This document shows positions 37,114 through 45,951 of a DNA stretch of 64,000 nt, one piece after another. The stretch is from NCBI GenBank assembly GCA_050250255.1, contig JBFWOZ010000010.1, forward strand, positions 1-64,000. The letters are read 5' to 3'. The stretch comes from Bdellovibrionales bacterium. Lineage in GTDB: Bacteria > Bdellovibrionota > Bdellovibrionia > Bdellovibrionales > DASUEL01. The position numbers and the translations under genes were made by a program. The notes below the pieces were generated by a model, which was not told the DNA's origin, did not search any database, and saw only the letters and a list, made by a program, of their open reading frames with translations. Each line of letters starts with the position of its first letter. Positions within the stretch are counted from its first letter, which is position 1.

Positions 37114-38118
37114 ATGACAGAGCAACAAAGTTCCATTTTAAAGTGGTACAAATCAAATGGGCGCGTACTTCCTTGGCGGGGGCGTCAGGATCCTTATCAT
37201 ATTTGGATTTCTGAGGTCATGCTACAGCAGACGACGTCTCAAGCGGTCGTTCCCTTTTTTGAGCGCTTCTTAAATCGTTTTCCAACGGTGGCTTCGTTAG
37301 CCCAAAGCGATGTGGGGGAAGTTCTCGAGCTCTGGTCGGGGCTTGGTTATTACAGTCGTGCGCGCAATCTTCATAAGGCGGCTCAAGCCCTTCACTTAGA
37401 AAAACAATTTCCAAAATCTTACGTGAAACTTTTAGAGATGCCAGGGTTTGGTCCTTACACGAGCCGTGCGGTTTCAAGCCTCGCGTTTAACGAAAACGTT
37501 GGCTTAGTAGATGGCAATGCCATTCGGGTTCTCTCTCGCGTTTATACGATGAAGTCTCTTTGGTGGAGCACCAAAGGCCGTGCAGAAATTCAAGAGAAAG
37601 CAGATGCGCTTGTTCAAGGAGTCGATGCACGAGATATGAATCAAGCACTCATGGATCTAGGTTCTATGATCTGCACGCCCACGTCGCCAAAGTGTGCGCT
37701 TTGCCCTTGGGCAAAACATTGTCAGGCAAATCTGGAAGGAAATCCTGAAGCCTATCCGCCTGCTAAACCTAAAAAGCAAAAGATGATTCTTGCCTGGTAT
37801 CCGATTGTTGAGATGGGCGAAAAGAAAAAAACCTTATTACTTCAGAAAAATGACTACGCGCCTTTTTTAAAGGGACAGTGGCTTTTACCGGGGCATATCA
37901 AAGTCCTCAAGAAGGCGCCGACAAAATTTCTTTTTAAACATACGATCACTCACCACGATATTTACACCGTAGATATTCAGAAAAAACATCGAGCAAAAAT
38001 AAAACAAGTCGGGCTGCAATCTCAGTGGGTGAAAATGAACGAGCTTGCTCGTGTGTGTCCTGTGTCTCTTGTTTCTAAAGCTGTTCAATTAGCACATCCG
38101 GAGTATACAAAATCATGA
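37114..38118 (+). CDS. mutY: A/G-specific adenine glycosylase MutY
   Basis: LPWR, ISEVMLQQT, GLGYYSRARNL, VDGN, Fe-S Cys motif, HTITH. Confidence 0.93.
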   Translation: MTEQQSSILKWYKSNGRVLPWRGRQDPYHIWISEVMLQQTTSQAVVPFFERFLNRFPTVASLAQSDVGEVLELWSGLGYYSRARNLHKAAQALHLEKQFPKSYVKLLEMPGFGPYTSRAVSSLAFNENVGLVDGNAIRVLSRVYTMKSLWWSTKGRAEIQEKADALVQGVDARDMNQALMDLGSMICTPTSPKCALCPWAKHCQANLEGNPEAYPPAKPKKQKMILAWYPIVEMGEKKKTLLLQKNDYAPFLKGQWLLPGHIKVLKKAPTKFLFKHTITHHDIYTVDIQKKHRAKIKQVGLQSQWVKMNELARVCPVSLVSKAVQLAHPEYTKS

Positions 38119-39152
38119 TGAAGTGGAACTTGGCTTTTTGCAGCGCTCTGTTGCTGAGCTGTTCTTCGAAAAACGTAAAGCCTACAACGAGCGTGAATAG
38201 TGTCACTACGGTTGTCGCTATGGAATCGCAAACGTGGACCGAAAGGGGGCAAAATCGTCACCCTTGGATTTCTCAGGATGAGCGCTATCTCTATTTCACA
38301 AGCGGTGAGAGGGAACATTTCAATCATCAAATTTATGTTCTCGATCTGAGTTCTAAAACTCAAAGGCGACTCACCCATCAAAGTGGAGATTGTCTGCAAG
38401 TTATCACGATCCCCAATACATCCCAAATGCTTTATGTAAGTACGACCGACGAGTTAAAAGAAAAAAATGAAATGGATTCTTGGGCAGCGAGATATCTCGA
38501 TCCGAAGTTTTCGCGAAATCAAGTCGTGAACAAACCATCAGAAATTTATTTAAGTAAGTTGGATGGAAGTCACATTCGTCGATTGACTCAGTCTGCGGGC
38601 TTTGATGGACAAATCACTCTTCATAAATCAGGTCGCCTGGCGGTGTTTGTTTCTTCTAGAAACGGGCGTATGCAACTTTATAAATTGCATTTATCTTTGA
38701 CGGCCGTGGAACCTCTTTATCATGGAAAGTTTCAGGATCAAGAGCCTCAATTTTCTCCCGATGGAAAACAGTTGGTATGGACGAGAAGAGAAATTAAGAG
38801 CGATGGTTCTTTCGGTTCAGCTCAACTGTATTTGGCCACCTTTGGAAAACCTACCGTGAAGGCCTTAACGACGGTGGAAGCGGATCACGTTTCACCGTCA
38901 TGGAGTCCTGATGGAAAAAGTCTCGTGTTTTCATCAGACCGTGATCGTAAAGGTCAGCTGGATCTTTACACCTTGCAAATAGAGTCCAAGTGCCTACAAA
39001 AAATCACTAGTCAGTCACAGAGTGTGGACCCCCTCTATCACCCTAGTGGCAAAACGATTTTCTTTTCGCAGCAACAGGGAGCTTCTTTCCAAATACAGAG
39101 CTTGCCAGTTCCAGCGGAAAACTCTCAAAACTGTTTAAACTCGCCTTTATAA
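38115..39152 (+). CDS. TolB-like PD40 beta-propeller lipoprotein
   Basis: LLSC lipobox; PQFSPDGK and PSWSPDGK repeats. Confidence 0.85.
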   Translation: MMKWNLAFCSALLLSCSSKNVKPTTSVNSVTTVVAMESQTWTERGQNRHPWISQDERYLYFTSGEREHFNHQIYVLDLSSKTQRRLTHQSGDCLQVITIPNTSQMLYVSTTDELKEKNEMDSWAARYLDPKFSRNQVVNKPSEIYLSKLDGSHIRRLTQSAGFDGQITLHKSGRLAVFVSSRNGRMQLYKLHLSLTAVEPLYHGKFQDQEPQFSPDGKQLVWTRREIKSDGSFGSAQLYLATFGKPTVKALTTVEADHVSPSWSPDGKSLVFSSDRDRKGQLDLYTLQIESKCLQKITSQSQSVDPLYHPSGKTIFFSQQQGASFQIQSLPVPAENSQNCLNSPL

Positions 39153-39199
39153 GACTTTTGGGCTTGTAGAACCACTGCGTGATATGCTTTGTTTAAGGT

Positions 39200-39760
39200 A
39201 TGAAGTACGTCATCTTCTGTTTATTTTTTTCCTTTACTGCGAGAGCCGCCCCGATTCCTATGTCGAGCTCCTCAAAAGCTGTAGAACCTTACTGGGGTCT
39301 TTATCGCTCGGAAAGAGGTTTTTCGGTAGATGGACGAAGCACCGGGTGGAAGATTGCAGAAGGGCCTGAAGATTCGCCACATGTTCTCGCTCTATTTAAG
39401 AGTGTGGATTCGGCAGGGCAAAGACCTGCCACTCTCAGCGTGCGGATTGATGACAACACTCAAAAATTAAGACCTCCGAATTACATTAAAAGTTGGTTAC
39501 TGCTCTATCATCGCTTAGGCCTTGATGTGAAAGGCCACCAACCATTTCTTCATAATGGAGAAAAGGGGTACGTGTTAGATGTTGTTGATCGAAAACTCAG
39601 CACACAAAGTCGACAAGCTTTATTTTTTCGCGGAACTCAAGTCGTAATCCTTACTTGTTCTGACGCCAAAGCATCATTCACAAATGCTCTTCCTACCTGT
39701 AACAAGCTGATTCGAAGCTTCAAGTGGTCGGAAGATTCCTCTCTCTCATTAACAAAATAA
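39200..39760 (+). CDS. Secreted hypothetical protein
   Basis: Signal peptide; no family recognised. Confidence 0.65.
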   Translation: MKYVIFCLFFSFTARAAPIPMSSSSKAVEPYWGLYRSERGFSVDGRSTGWKIAEGPEDSPHVLALFKSVDSAGQRPATLSVRIDDNTQKLRPPNYIKSWLLLYHRLGLDVKGHQPFLHNGEKGYVLDVVDRKLSTQSRQALFFRGTQVVILTCSDAKASFTNALPTCNKLIRSFKWSEDSSLSLTK

Positions 39761-39761
39761 T

Positions 39762-40106
39762 ATGACATCGACTTCTTCCTACCAACTCTTTGGGATTCCT
39801 AACTGCGATACGGTGAAAAAAGTTCGAGTTCTTCTTGAGAAGAAAAAGATCGACTACGAATTTATCGATTTCAAGAAACGACCGCCCACAGAATCCGATA
39901 TTCAAAGATGGAAATCTTTTATGAAGGTATGGCCGGTGAATACCAAAGGCCCAACCTATCGTAAAATCCGTGAAAAATTTGAAGCCGTGAGCGACAATCA
40001 AAAAATGAAACTGCTTATCGAAAACAGTTCGGCGATCAAACGTCCTATCTTAGAAAAGAATGGGGCAGTCCAAGCTGTCGGGTTGGACTTAAGTTACTAC
40101 AAATAG
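39762..40106 (+). CDS. ArsC/Spx family protein (YffB-like)
   Basis: GIPNCDTVKK and IKRPIL. Confidence 0.88.
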   Translation: MTSTSSYQLFGIPNCDTVKKVRVLLEKKKIDYEFIDFKKRPPTESDIQRWKSFMKVWPVNTKGPTYRKIREKFEAVSDNQKMKLLIENSSAIKRPILEKNGAVQAVGLDLSYYK

Positions 40107-40310
40107 AGCGCTGCTCGATAAGCCTATATATTTCGAAATGAAAGATGATCAGAAATCATTTCTTTGATGACCAGCCAATAGACTGAAGTTTGATTCGCCC
40201 CCCCCATTGTATTCCCAATCAGCTCCTTTTTACACGCGTCCGTCTCTGCGGACGCACTTTGTGGTCTACTTATTTGAATTTAGTAAATCATGCTGTTAGG
40301 GTCCTCCTAA

Positions 40311-41117
40311 ATGAAAACGGAAAACTTTGCTTACAAAGCAACAAAAAAAATGGCCCTCAAAACTCAGCCAAGAAACTTTCGAGAGTACCTTCAAGGTGAA
40401 TTTGTACTTCGCTGCAAAAAAAATCCACAGTATTCAATGAGAGCCTTCTCCAAGTTTCTAGGTGTTGAAAATTCATGGCTTTCAAAAATTCTGCGAGGAA
40501 AGAAAGTCGCCTCTCGTCAGTCAATAGAAAAATTGGCTTTTCGATTAGGTCTCTCTGCACATCAAGTCCAAAATCTTCAGTCATTAAGCAAGACGAATAA
40601 AGATAGTGAAGCCGCGTACAAAGTTTTGACTGAAGATATCTTTGAGGTCATCTCCGATTGGTTCCACTTTGCAATTTTGGAACTTATGAAACTTGATTCT
40701 TTTGAGGCAGACGAAAAATGGATTTCAAAAAAATTAGGAATTCCATTTATCGAAGCGCGATCGGCTATTGAAAGGTTAAAAAAAGTAGGACTGATCGAGA
40801 CGTGTGCAGATGGAAATTGGATAGATACGTCAAACGGCTTTACAACACACAACTTGGGAATTCATTTTACGTCAGCAGCTAGAAGGCGCCTACAAGAGAA
40901 TATCCTCGAGAAATCTCGAGAAGCTTTGGTGGCTCTTCCTATTGAAGAACGTGATCACAGTTCTATTATGATGGCGACAAATATGTCTAAGTTGGAAGAA
41001 GCAAAAAGAAGAATTGATACCTTTAGAAAAGAGATTTGCGATTTTCTAGAGGATTGTAACGAAAAAAATGAAGTTTACCAATTGTCAGTTGGATTGTTTC
41101 CGCTGACAAAAAAATAG
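40311..41117 (+). CDS. TIGR02147-like protein (HTH plus DUF4423)
   Basis: KNPQYSMRAFSKFLG HTH, ISDWFHFAILEL, EERD.S, VYQLSVGLFPL. Confidence 0.85.
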   Translation: MKTENFAYKATKKMALKTQPRNFREYLQGEFVLRCKKNPQYSMRAFSKFLGVENSWLSKILRGKKVASRQSIEKLAFRLGLSAHQVQNLQSLSKTNKDSEAAYKVLTEDIFEVISDWFHFAILELMKLDSFEADEKWISKKLGIPFIEARSAIERLKKVGLIETCADGNWIDTSNGFTTHNLGIHFTSAARRRLQENILEKSREALVALPIEERDHSSIMMATNMSKLEEAKRRIDTFRKEICDFLEDCNEKNEVYQLSVGLFPLTKK

Positions 41118-41125
41118 GAGATTCT

Positions 41126-42040
41126 ATGCGTACGATATCATTAATTTTAACTCTATCGTTTCTGAATATTGCGACCACTTATGCTGGTCAAGATGGGAGA
41201 GGTGGAAATGTTGTGATTTGCCCAGGTAAAGAGGTGGTCACATTAGACTACTATCACGCAACACTACCACCCTCTAATACAGTAGACATTTCAAGAATGT
41301 CTCGCGTTGAAGTTATTAACTTATTTAAAGAAAGATTGAAGGACGCATTTTTTCTCCAACAATTTGAAGATGCTTTGCAGGTTATAGGGCCTAGCTATTC
41401 ATGGATTGAAGACAACCTAAAATATGTCGATGACAGCAATGAACCCTACCAACTGCCCACAGGTTGCGTAAGAAAAACAGTAGCCGTGAGGCAAAACGAA
41501 GAGACCATGTTTAAGGATCCTGCCATCTATAGGCTTTTATCTGGAGCACAAATTGGAATCTTAGAAGTTCATGAGGCTTTTTATTATGTCGCCTCTAAAG
41601 TCGGGATTAATACTTCAGAAAGAATTCGTACCTTAGTAAGGGCTCTACTCCAAACATCTCCAGATCAAATGGCAGTTTATAAAGCGATGAGTGCTATTGG
41701 GGGCGGAACGCTTGCTATCATGGAGAAAATTCCGGGAACTTATGTTGGGACTCTCACTACACGTATTCTTGGTGAATACGAATTAAGATATAATGAAATA
41801 AGGGGTGTCTTCACTCTAGCGCCAGAAAATGGAATTTATATCGATTACGGCACAAATCGAAAACCCTGTACTCTAAAAGGCGAATCGGTCATTTGTTATT
41901 TTAAACACGATGATTGTGTGGTGACATATAATTTTTCACCTCGTGCAGGCACACTTTTGTTCAGTCGGATATGCGAGAGTTTGCCCGGTTCTACTCCTCA
42001 TCATATTTCTATGGGCACCTTAAAAAGGTACCCATTATGA
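41126..42040 (+). CDS. Secreted hypothetical protein
   Basis: Signal peptide, G..GRGGNVVIC, LDYY and HEAFY motifs; AGGAG RBS. Confidence 0.75.
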   Translation: MRTISLILTLSFLNIATTYAGQDGRGGNVVICPGKEVVTLDYYHATLPPSNTVDISRMSRVEVINLFKERLKDAFFLQQFEDALQVIGPSYSWIEDNLKYVDDSNEPYQLPTGCVRKTVAVRQNEETMFKDPAIYRLLSGAQIGILEVHEAFYYVASKVGINTSERIRTLVRALLQTSPDQMAVYKAMSAIGGGTLAIMEKIPGTYVGTLTTRILGEYELRYNEIRGVFTLAPENGIYIDYGTNRKPCTLKGESVICYFKHDDCVVTYNFSPRAGTLLFSRICESLPGSTPHHISMGTLKRYPL

Positions 42041-42146
42041 ACGACGTAGAATACAGCAGTCATTCCTTTGATAATCAAAAAATTAGCTCAATTTTGTCAT
42101 TCGTTCTGAGTGTCTCTAATTTGAGATTGGCTAATTCGATTTGGTT

Positions 42147-42162
42147 AGGCATACGAATTGCA
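42147..42162 (+). promoter_or_regulatory. Candidate sigma54 promoter
   Basis: AGGCAT-ACGAA-TTGCA about 30 bp upstream of 42191. Confidence 0.5.
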
Positions 42163-42190
42163 TTTTTTTAGGAAAAACCTTGGAGGTTCT

Positions 42191-42658
42191 ATGAAGTCGA
42201 TGATGATAGTATTTGCATTTTTAAGTGCGGCGTCTGCCTACGCAGACAATGGCTTTATTCTACAAAAGGGAGTGATGGTCTACTCTACACAGACGTTACG
42301 AGTTCCAGAACAAAATGGTCTCAAGCAAAATAAAGAGTACCGTTTTACACTACAGCACATCGAAGACTATGCTGATATTGTTGAATTTAAGGACACAGGA
42401 GTTAAGCTCCATTTCTCTGATAAAAATGCTTTGGGTGAACCTCAAAGTGGAAGAATAGCGCTTGTAAACTTTCTGTCATTGCTAAATGAGGGTAAAATTA
42501 AAGCAATTGGTGCAAAAAAAGTTGAAATGAATTTCACTGGATTTTGTTTGGCATATGTTCGTAAGGACGACACACAAGTGCTAGTTTTAGGTTCCGCCCT
42601 TGCTGATGTTAAGTCACTGGCTGATATTAAACAGGACAACTGCAAGCTTATTGACTAA
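42191..42658 (+). CDS. Secreted hypothetical protein
   Basis: GGAGG RBS and signal peptide ending in AYA. Confidence 0.72.
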   Translation: MKSMMIVFAFLSAASAYADNGFILQKGVMVYSTQTLRVPEQNGLKQNKEYRFTLQHIEDYADIVEFKDTGVKLHFSDKNALGEPQSGRIALVNFLSLLNEGKIKAIGAKKVEMNFTGFCLAYVRKDDTQVLVLGSALADVKSLADIKQDNCKLID

Positions 42659-42708
42659 AACACTTGTTTTTGTGCTAACTAGCGTTCAGAAACGCTGGGT
42701 CTATCTGG

Positions 42709-43602
42709 TCACAACTCTCGAATTCTCAATTGATTATGACTGCGGCAGAGAAGCCGCAAATTTTCAATCGAGTTGAGACCACCTAACGAATAGGGTTGGA
42801 TGTGATCAACCTCCAATTGAAATTTTGAATCACATTTCTTGCCGGCATGTGCATAAGTGCATTTTCCCTGATCCCTTTGCCAAACTACACGTTTAATCTG
42901 TGAGGGAATGTATCGGGTGTGTTTACGCAATGTTTCTTCGCCTGGTGAAGAAACGCTGGGTCGAGAAGTCGTGGCTTTTTTGAGGGCGGTTCGCTTCTTC
43001 AAAGCGTCGTTTGCCATCAAATCGATGAGTTCGGCAAAACTTGGATTTGGATGAATGTGCGAGTAAAGTTTTTTAAGTTCCTCTAATTTATCTGTGAGCT
43101 TCTTTTCCAACACAACCGTCACTTGAGTTTTATCATCGGACAACACCCGAATCTTTTCAATTGTGGGTAGGGTTGGGGACTTTTCAATCAAGACCTTTTC
43201 ACACTCGCGACTTGATTTGTTTTCAAGATTTTTAAAGAGCTCTAGCCTCTCTGCCTTATCGTAAGTTTTGTTTTGGTACTTCTTTTCTTGATTCAAAAAG
43301 GTTTGCGCTTTCGTCACGGTTACAAGATTGAGCGAACCTTCAGCTAGAGACTTTTTCACTTGGGGTAAATCACGAGTCACGCGCATTGCCGAAATACGGC
43401 GATAGGCGGCAGATTCGCTATATTTTAGCTCCTTCACGCAAAATTCCATGAGGCTACCGTAGCCTTTTTGATGATGGAGTTTGCGTCGATCCACCTCTTC
43501 CAGGAGCTCAATGATTTCTAAATTTAAATTTCGTTCGGCTTGAGTTTTTGTCAAAAGAATTTTGATCAGCTGATGATTTGAAAAAGATGAAATTTGAGTC
43601 AT
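42709..43602 (-). CDS. HNH endonuclease with long helical N-terminal (DUF222-like) region
   Basis: RYIP..IKR.VW.RD...C..C...LEVDHIQP...GG...ENLRLLCRSHN; AAGGAGG RBS supports ATG 43602. Confidence 0.88.
   Translation of the reverse strand: MTQISSFSNHQLIKILLTKTQAERNLNLEIIELLEEVDRRKLHHQKGYGSLMEFCVKELKYSESAAYRRISAMRVTRDLPQVKKSLAEGSLNLVTVTKAQTFLNQEKKYQNKTYDKAERLELFKNLENKSSRECEKVLIEKSPTLPTIEKIRVLSDDKTQVTVVLEKKLTDKLEELKKLYSHIHPNPSFAELIDLMANDALKKRTALKKATTSRPSVSSPGEETLRKHTRYIPSQIKRVVWQRDQGKCTYAHAGKKCDSKFQLEVDHIQPYSLGGLNSIENLRLLCRSHNQLRIREL
42925..42954. repeat. 30-bp palindromic repeat, intragenic copy
   Basis: ACGCAATGTTTCTTCGCCTGGTGAAGAAAC, 29/30 identical to 43868-43897. Confidence 0.9.
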
Positions 43603-43867
43603 AAAGACCTCCTTCGGTAAAGACATATTAGCATGAGTTTTTAAATCTTAAAATTTAGAGTTTAATTGGCCCGAGAGCGAAGAATTTTTACTTGCAACGA
43701 AGCTTCTTGAAAAGAAAATTTGCGTCGATTAAAGGGCAAATGCAGAAGAATAAAAAATTGTTTAGACGAGATTTTCTACACAAAATAATTTTTCTGATTT
43801 TAGCCAAAACCCATGTCAAGTATCAATTATAAATTATTTAAGAAATTGAGAGTTTTTTGAAACTCAA

Positions 43868-43899
43868 ACGCAATGTTTCTTCACCTGGTGAAGAAACAT
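43868..43899. repeat. 30-bp palindromic repeat, upstream copy (perfect 13-bp arms)
   Basis: ATGTTTCTTCACC-T-GGTGAAGAAACAT at 43873-43899. Confidence 0.9.
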
Positions 43900-44021
43900 C
43901 GTGTTGCAAATTCGCGAAATTATTTTGCGCTAAGACTTAACCTGAAATAATCAAAATTTGTTTGAGCATTAATTTTTTTATGTTAATTGTCGCTGCAGAA
44001 ACTTTCACAAAGGAGTAACAA

Positions 44022-44357
44022 ATGAAGTTATGGATTATGGCAGCAGTGGTTGTTTTTTCTCAAAATGCATTCTCAAAAGATTTGGCCTGCAGACTTGCAG
44101 AGACCTATGACGGCAAAAGCGCCGTCTATGCTCTGTCATCTGCAGAGGCAAAAATTGAGTCTGCTGGAAAACTACACAAAAGCCTCGAATTAAGAATTAC
44201 TGGAACAGAGGTCGATAACCAACCGGTTATCCTTCAAACTTTCACAAATATTACGACAGGCGAGACTTTTACGACGCGTGCAATAGGGAAAACATTAGCT
44301 TATGAGCATAAACACGCTCTAGGTGCTTTCGTTATCACCTGCAATTTTGTTCTTTAA
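44022..44357 (+). CDS. Secreted hypothetical protein
   Basis: AAGGAG RBS, signal peptide, Cys pair. Confidence 0.72.
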   Translation: MKLWIMAAVVVFSQNAFSKDLACRLAETYDGKSAVYALSSAEAKIESAGKLHKSLELRITGTEVDNQPVILQTFTNITTGETFTTRAIGKTLAYEHKHALGAFVITCNFVL

Positions 44358-44386
44358 TCTAGACGTATTAAGGAAGACACAAGCGT

Positions 44387-44416
44387 TCAACCCAACCGAA
44401 GAATAGGTTGGGTTGA
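44387..44416. terminator. 11-bp hairpin between convergent genes
   Basis: TCAACCCAACC-N8-GGTTGGGTTGA. Confidence 0.6.
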
Positions 44417-44419
44417 CTT

Positions 44420-44743
44420 CTAATGAGCGATCCAGATTTTCATTAATGTTGCGATGGTCGTGAACCCGACAATTAGAAGTGATCCGAGTTTTATGATCAT
44501 TCGGTACTCTACTTGCTGGATTTTGTTTTCGACGCTACTGATTTTGATTTCGAAAGATGTCGTTATATCTTTTCGAAAGCTCTCAAGTTCTTGCTTTAAG
44601 CCAGTTTCCAAAATTTTAAGATCTTGTTTTGTAGCCAACTCACCCTCGACAATCTCGGTTATGACTTGCAGTTGAATTTCTGCTTGTTCTCTCGAAAATC
44701 CAGCCTCTTCTAACTGCTTCGAATATTTGAACGCGTTAAACAT
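44420..44743 (-). CDS. DUF1640/CCDC90-like coiled-coil membrane protein
   Basis: F....Y.K.LEEAGFSREQAE, LATKQDL, C-terminal TM helix. Confidence 0.8.
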   Translation of the reverse strand: MFNAFKYSKQLEEAGFSREQAEIQLQVITEIVEGELATKQDLKILETGLKQELESFRKDITTSFEIKISSVENKIQQVEYRMIIKLGSLLIVGFTTIATLMKIWIAH

Positions 44744-44844
44744 ATAATACCTCCTGAGAAGAGGTATTGCAATCGTGCCTAGGTCTTAAAAACTGTTAGG
44801 GTGGATTTGCCTTGGAATTACAAACAGATATCGGATCGAGAGAC

Positions 44845-45075
44845 TCAAACTTCTTTGAGTGCTTCGAACAAATGCTCAAGTCCGTTGACCTTGATTTCAT
44901 AAACTTGCTCGAGGAGCCGTCCTAATTCACCTTCAGGAAAGCCTTTGTTGCGGAACCAAATGACATAAGGCTCGGGCAAATCAACCAGCGCAACTCCTTG
45001 AAATTTTCCAAATGGCATTTTTAAATTGGCGATTTTAATGAGGTCTTCGTAATTAGGAGTCACTGTTTTTCTCAT
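44845..45075 (-). CDS. DUF3820 family protein
   Basis: [27 protein letters not shown]. Confidence 0.82.
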   Translation of the reverse strand: MRKTVTPNYEDLIKIANLKMPFGKFQGVALVDLPEPYVIWFRNKGFPEGELGRLLEQVYEIKVNGLEHLFEALKEV

Positions 45076-45286
45076 ATTTGTATTCAAGATAAAGATTTTC
45101 TACTTTGGCTCTTGCCCAAGGAGTTTTGCGCAAAAACTTTAAGCTGGAACTCACGCTTGGATCCTTATTAAAACAATTGATAGGAACGAGTTCACCCAAC
45201 TTTTTCCAGCCATAGTGTGCTAATAACTCATTGAGAATGGCTTCGAGTGTAACTCCATGTAGTGGGTCTTTTGAGCTATTGTTCAT
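45053..45286 (-). CDS. VF530 (DUF2132) family protein
   Basis: [33 protein letters not shown]. Confidence 0.88.
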   Translation of the reverse strand: MNNSSKDPLHGVTLEAILNELLAHYGWKKLGELVPINCFNKDPSVSSSLKFLRKTPWARAKVENLYLEYKYEKNSDS

Positions 45287-45354
45287 TTGAATATTTAGTG
45301 TAGCATTAGCCGGGAACGCAAGAATCTTCTTAGGTATTATGCAGAGCTAAGTCT

Positions 45355-45888
45355 ATGTTATATCGCTTTCAAATTGAATTATCAGATATCGACCGTAACA
45401 TTTACGAAACTTTAGATTTTCGAATTACCCAACATCCTTCAGAAACGGCGACTTACTTATTAACTCGAGCCTTGGCCTATGCCCTTAGCTATTCCAAAGA
45501 ACTGGAATTCACAGCACAGGGTTTGAGCGACCCAGACGGGGCGGCCTTACAATCTCTTGGCGCTCAAGGGGGCATTCATCTCTGGATTGAAATTGGTAAC
45601 CCATCCGCAAGAAAACTTCATAAAGCGACAAAGGTGGCTCAGCAAGTGGTGGTGTACACTTATAAAAATCCTGATTTATTAATTGCAGAAATCAAAGCGA
45701 ACGATGTTCATAAGGCAAACACAATTCAAATTTTTTCTTTTGATCCAAAATTTCTGCTGAGTCTCGAAAGTGGACTTGAGAAAAATAATCGCTGGTCTGT
45801 TTTATTTCAGGATGGTCATTTAAGTGTGGAGATTGGTAGTCAATCGCACACAACGGACGTTAAAGAGTCTAAAGTAGAAAATAAATAA
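45355..45888 (+). CDS. yaeQ: YaeQ family protein
   Basis: LSDIDR..Y, HPSET, F..GLS, LWIEIG.P. Confidence 0.85.
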   Translation: MLYRFQIELSDIDRNIYETLDFRITQHPSETATYLLTRALAYALSYSKELEFTAQGLSDPDGAALQSLGAQGGIHLWIEIGNPSARKLHKATKVAQQVVVYTYKNPDLLIAEIKANDVHKANTIQIFSFDPKFLLSLESGLEKNNRWSVLFQDGHLSVEIGSQSHTTDVKESKVENK

Positions 45889-45951
45889 GACCCGAGGGCC
45901 AACCTCAAACGGTACCTCGGACCTCAAACGGTAAACCCCAAACCTCCAACT

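Noticed and set aside
40107..40310. C8 run, GCGTCCG/CGGACGC hairpin and short ORFs upstream of the TIGR02147-like gene
   Set aside because: No convincing coding signal or RNA family; a single 7-bp stem is too weak to call.
42709..43602. IscB/Cas9-like RNA-guided nuclease
   Set aside because: No RuvC motifs or PLMP N-terminus seen; only a C-terminal HNH domain.
40311..45286. Prophage
   Set aside because: HNH and DUF1640 can be phage-associated, but there is no integrase, terminase or structural gene.
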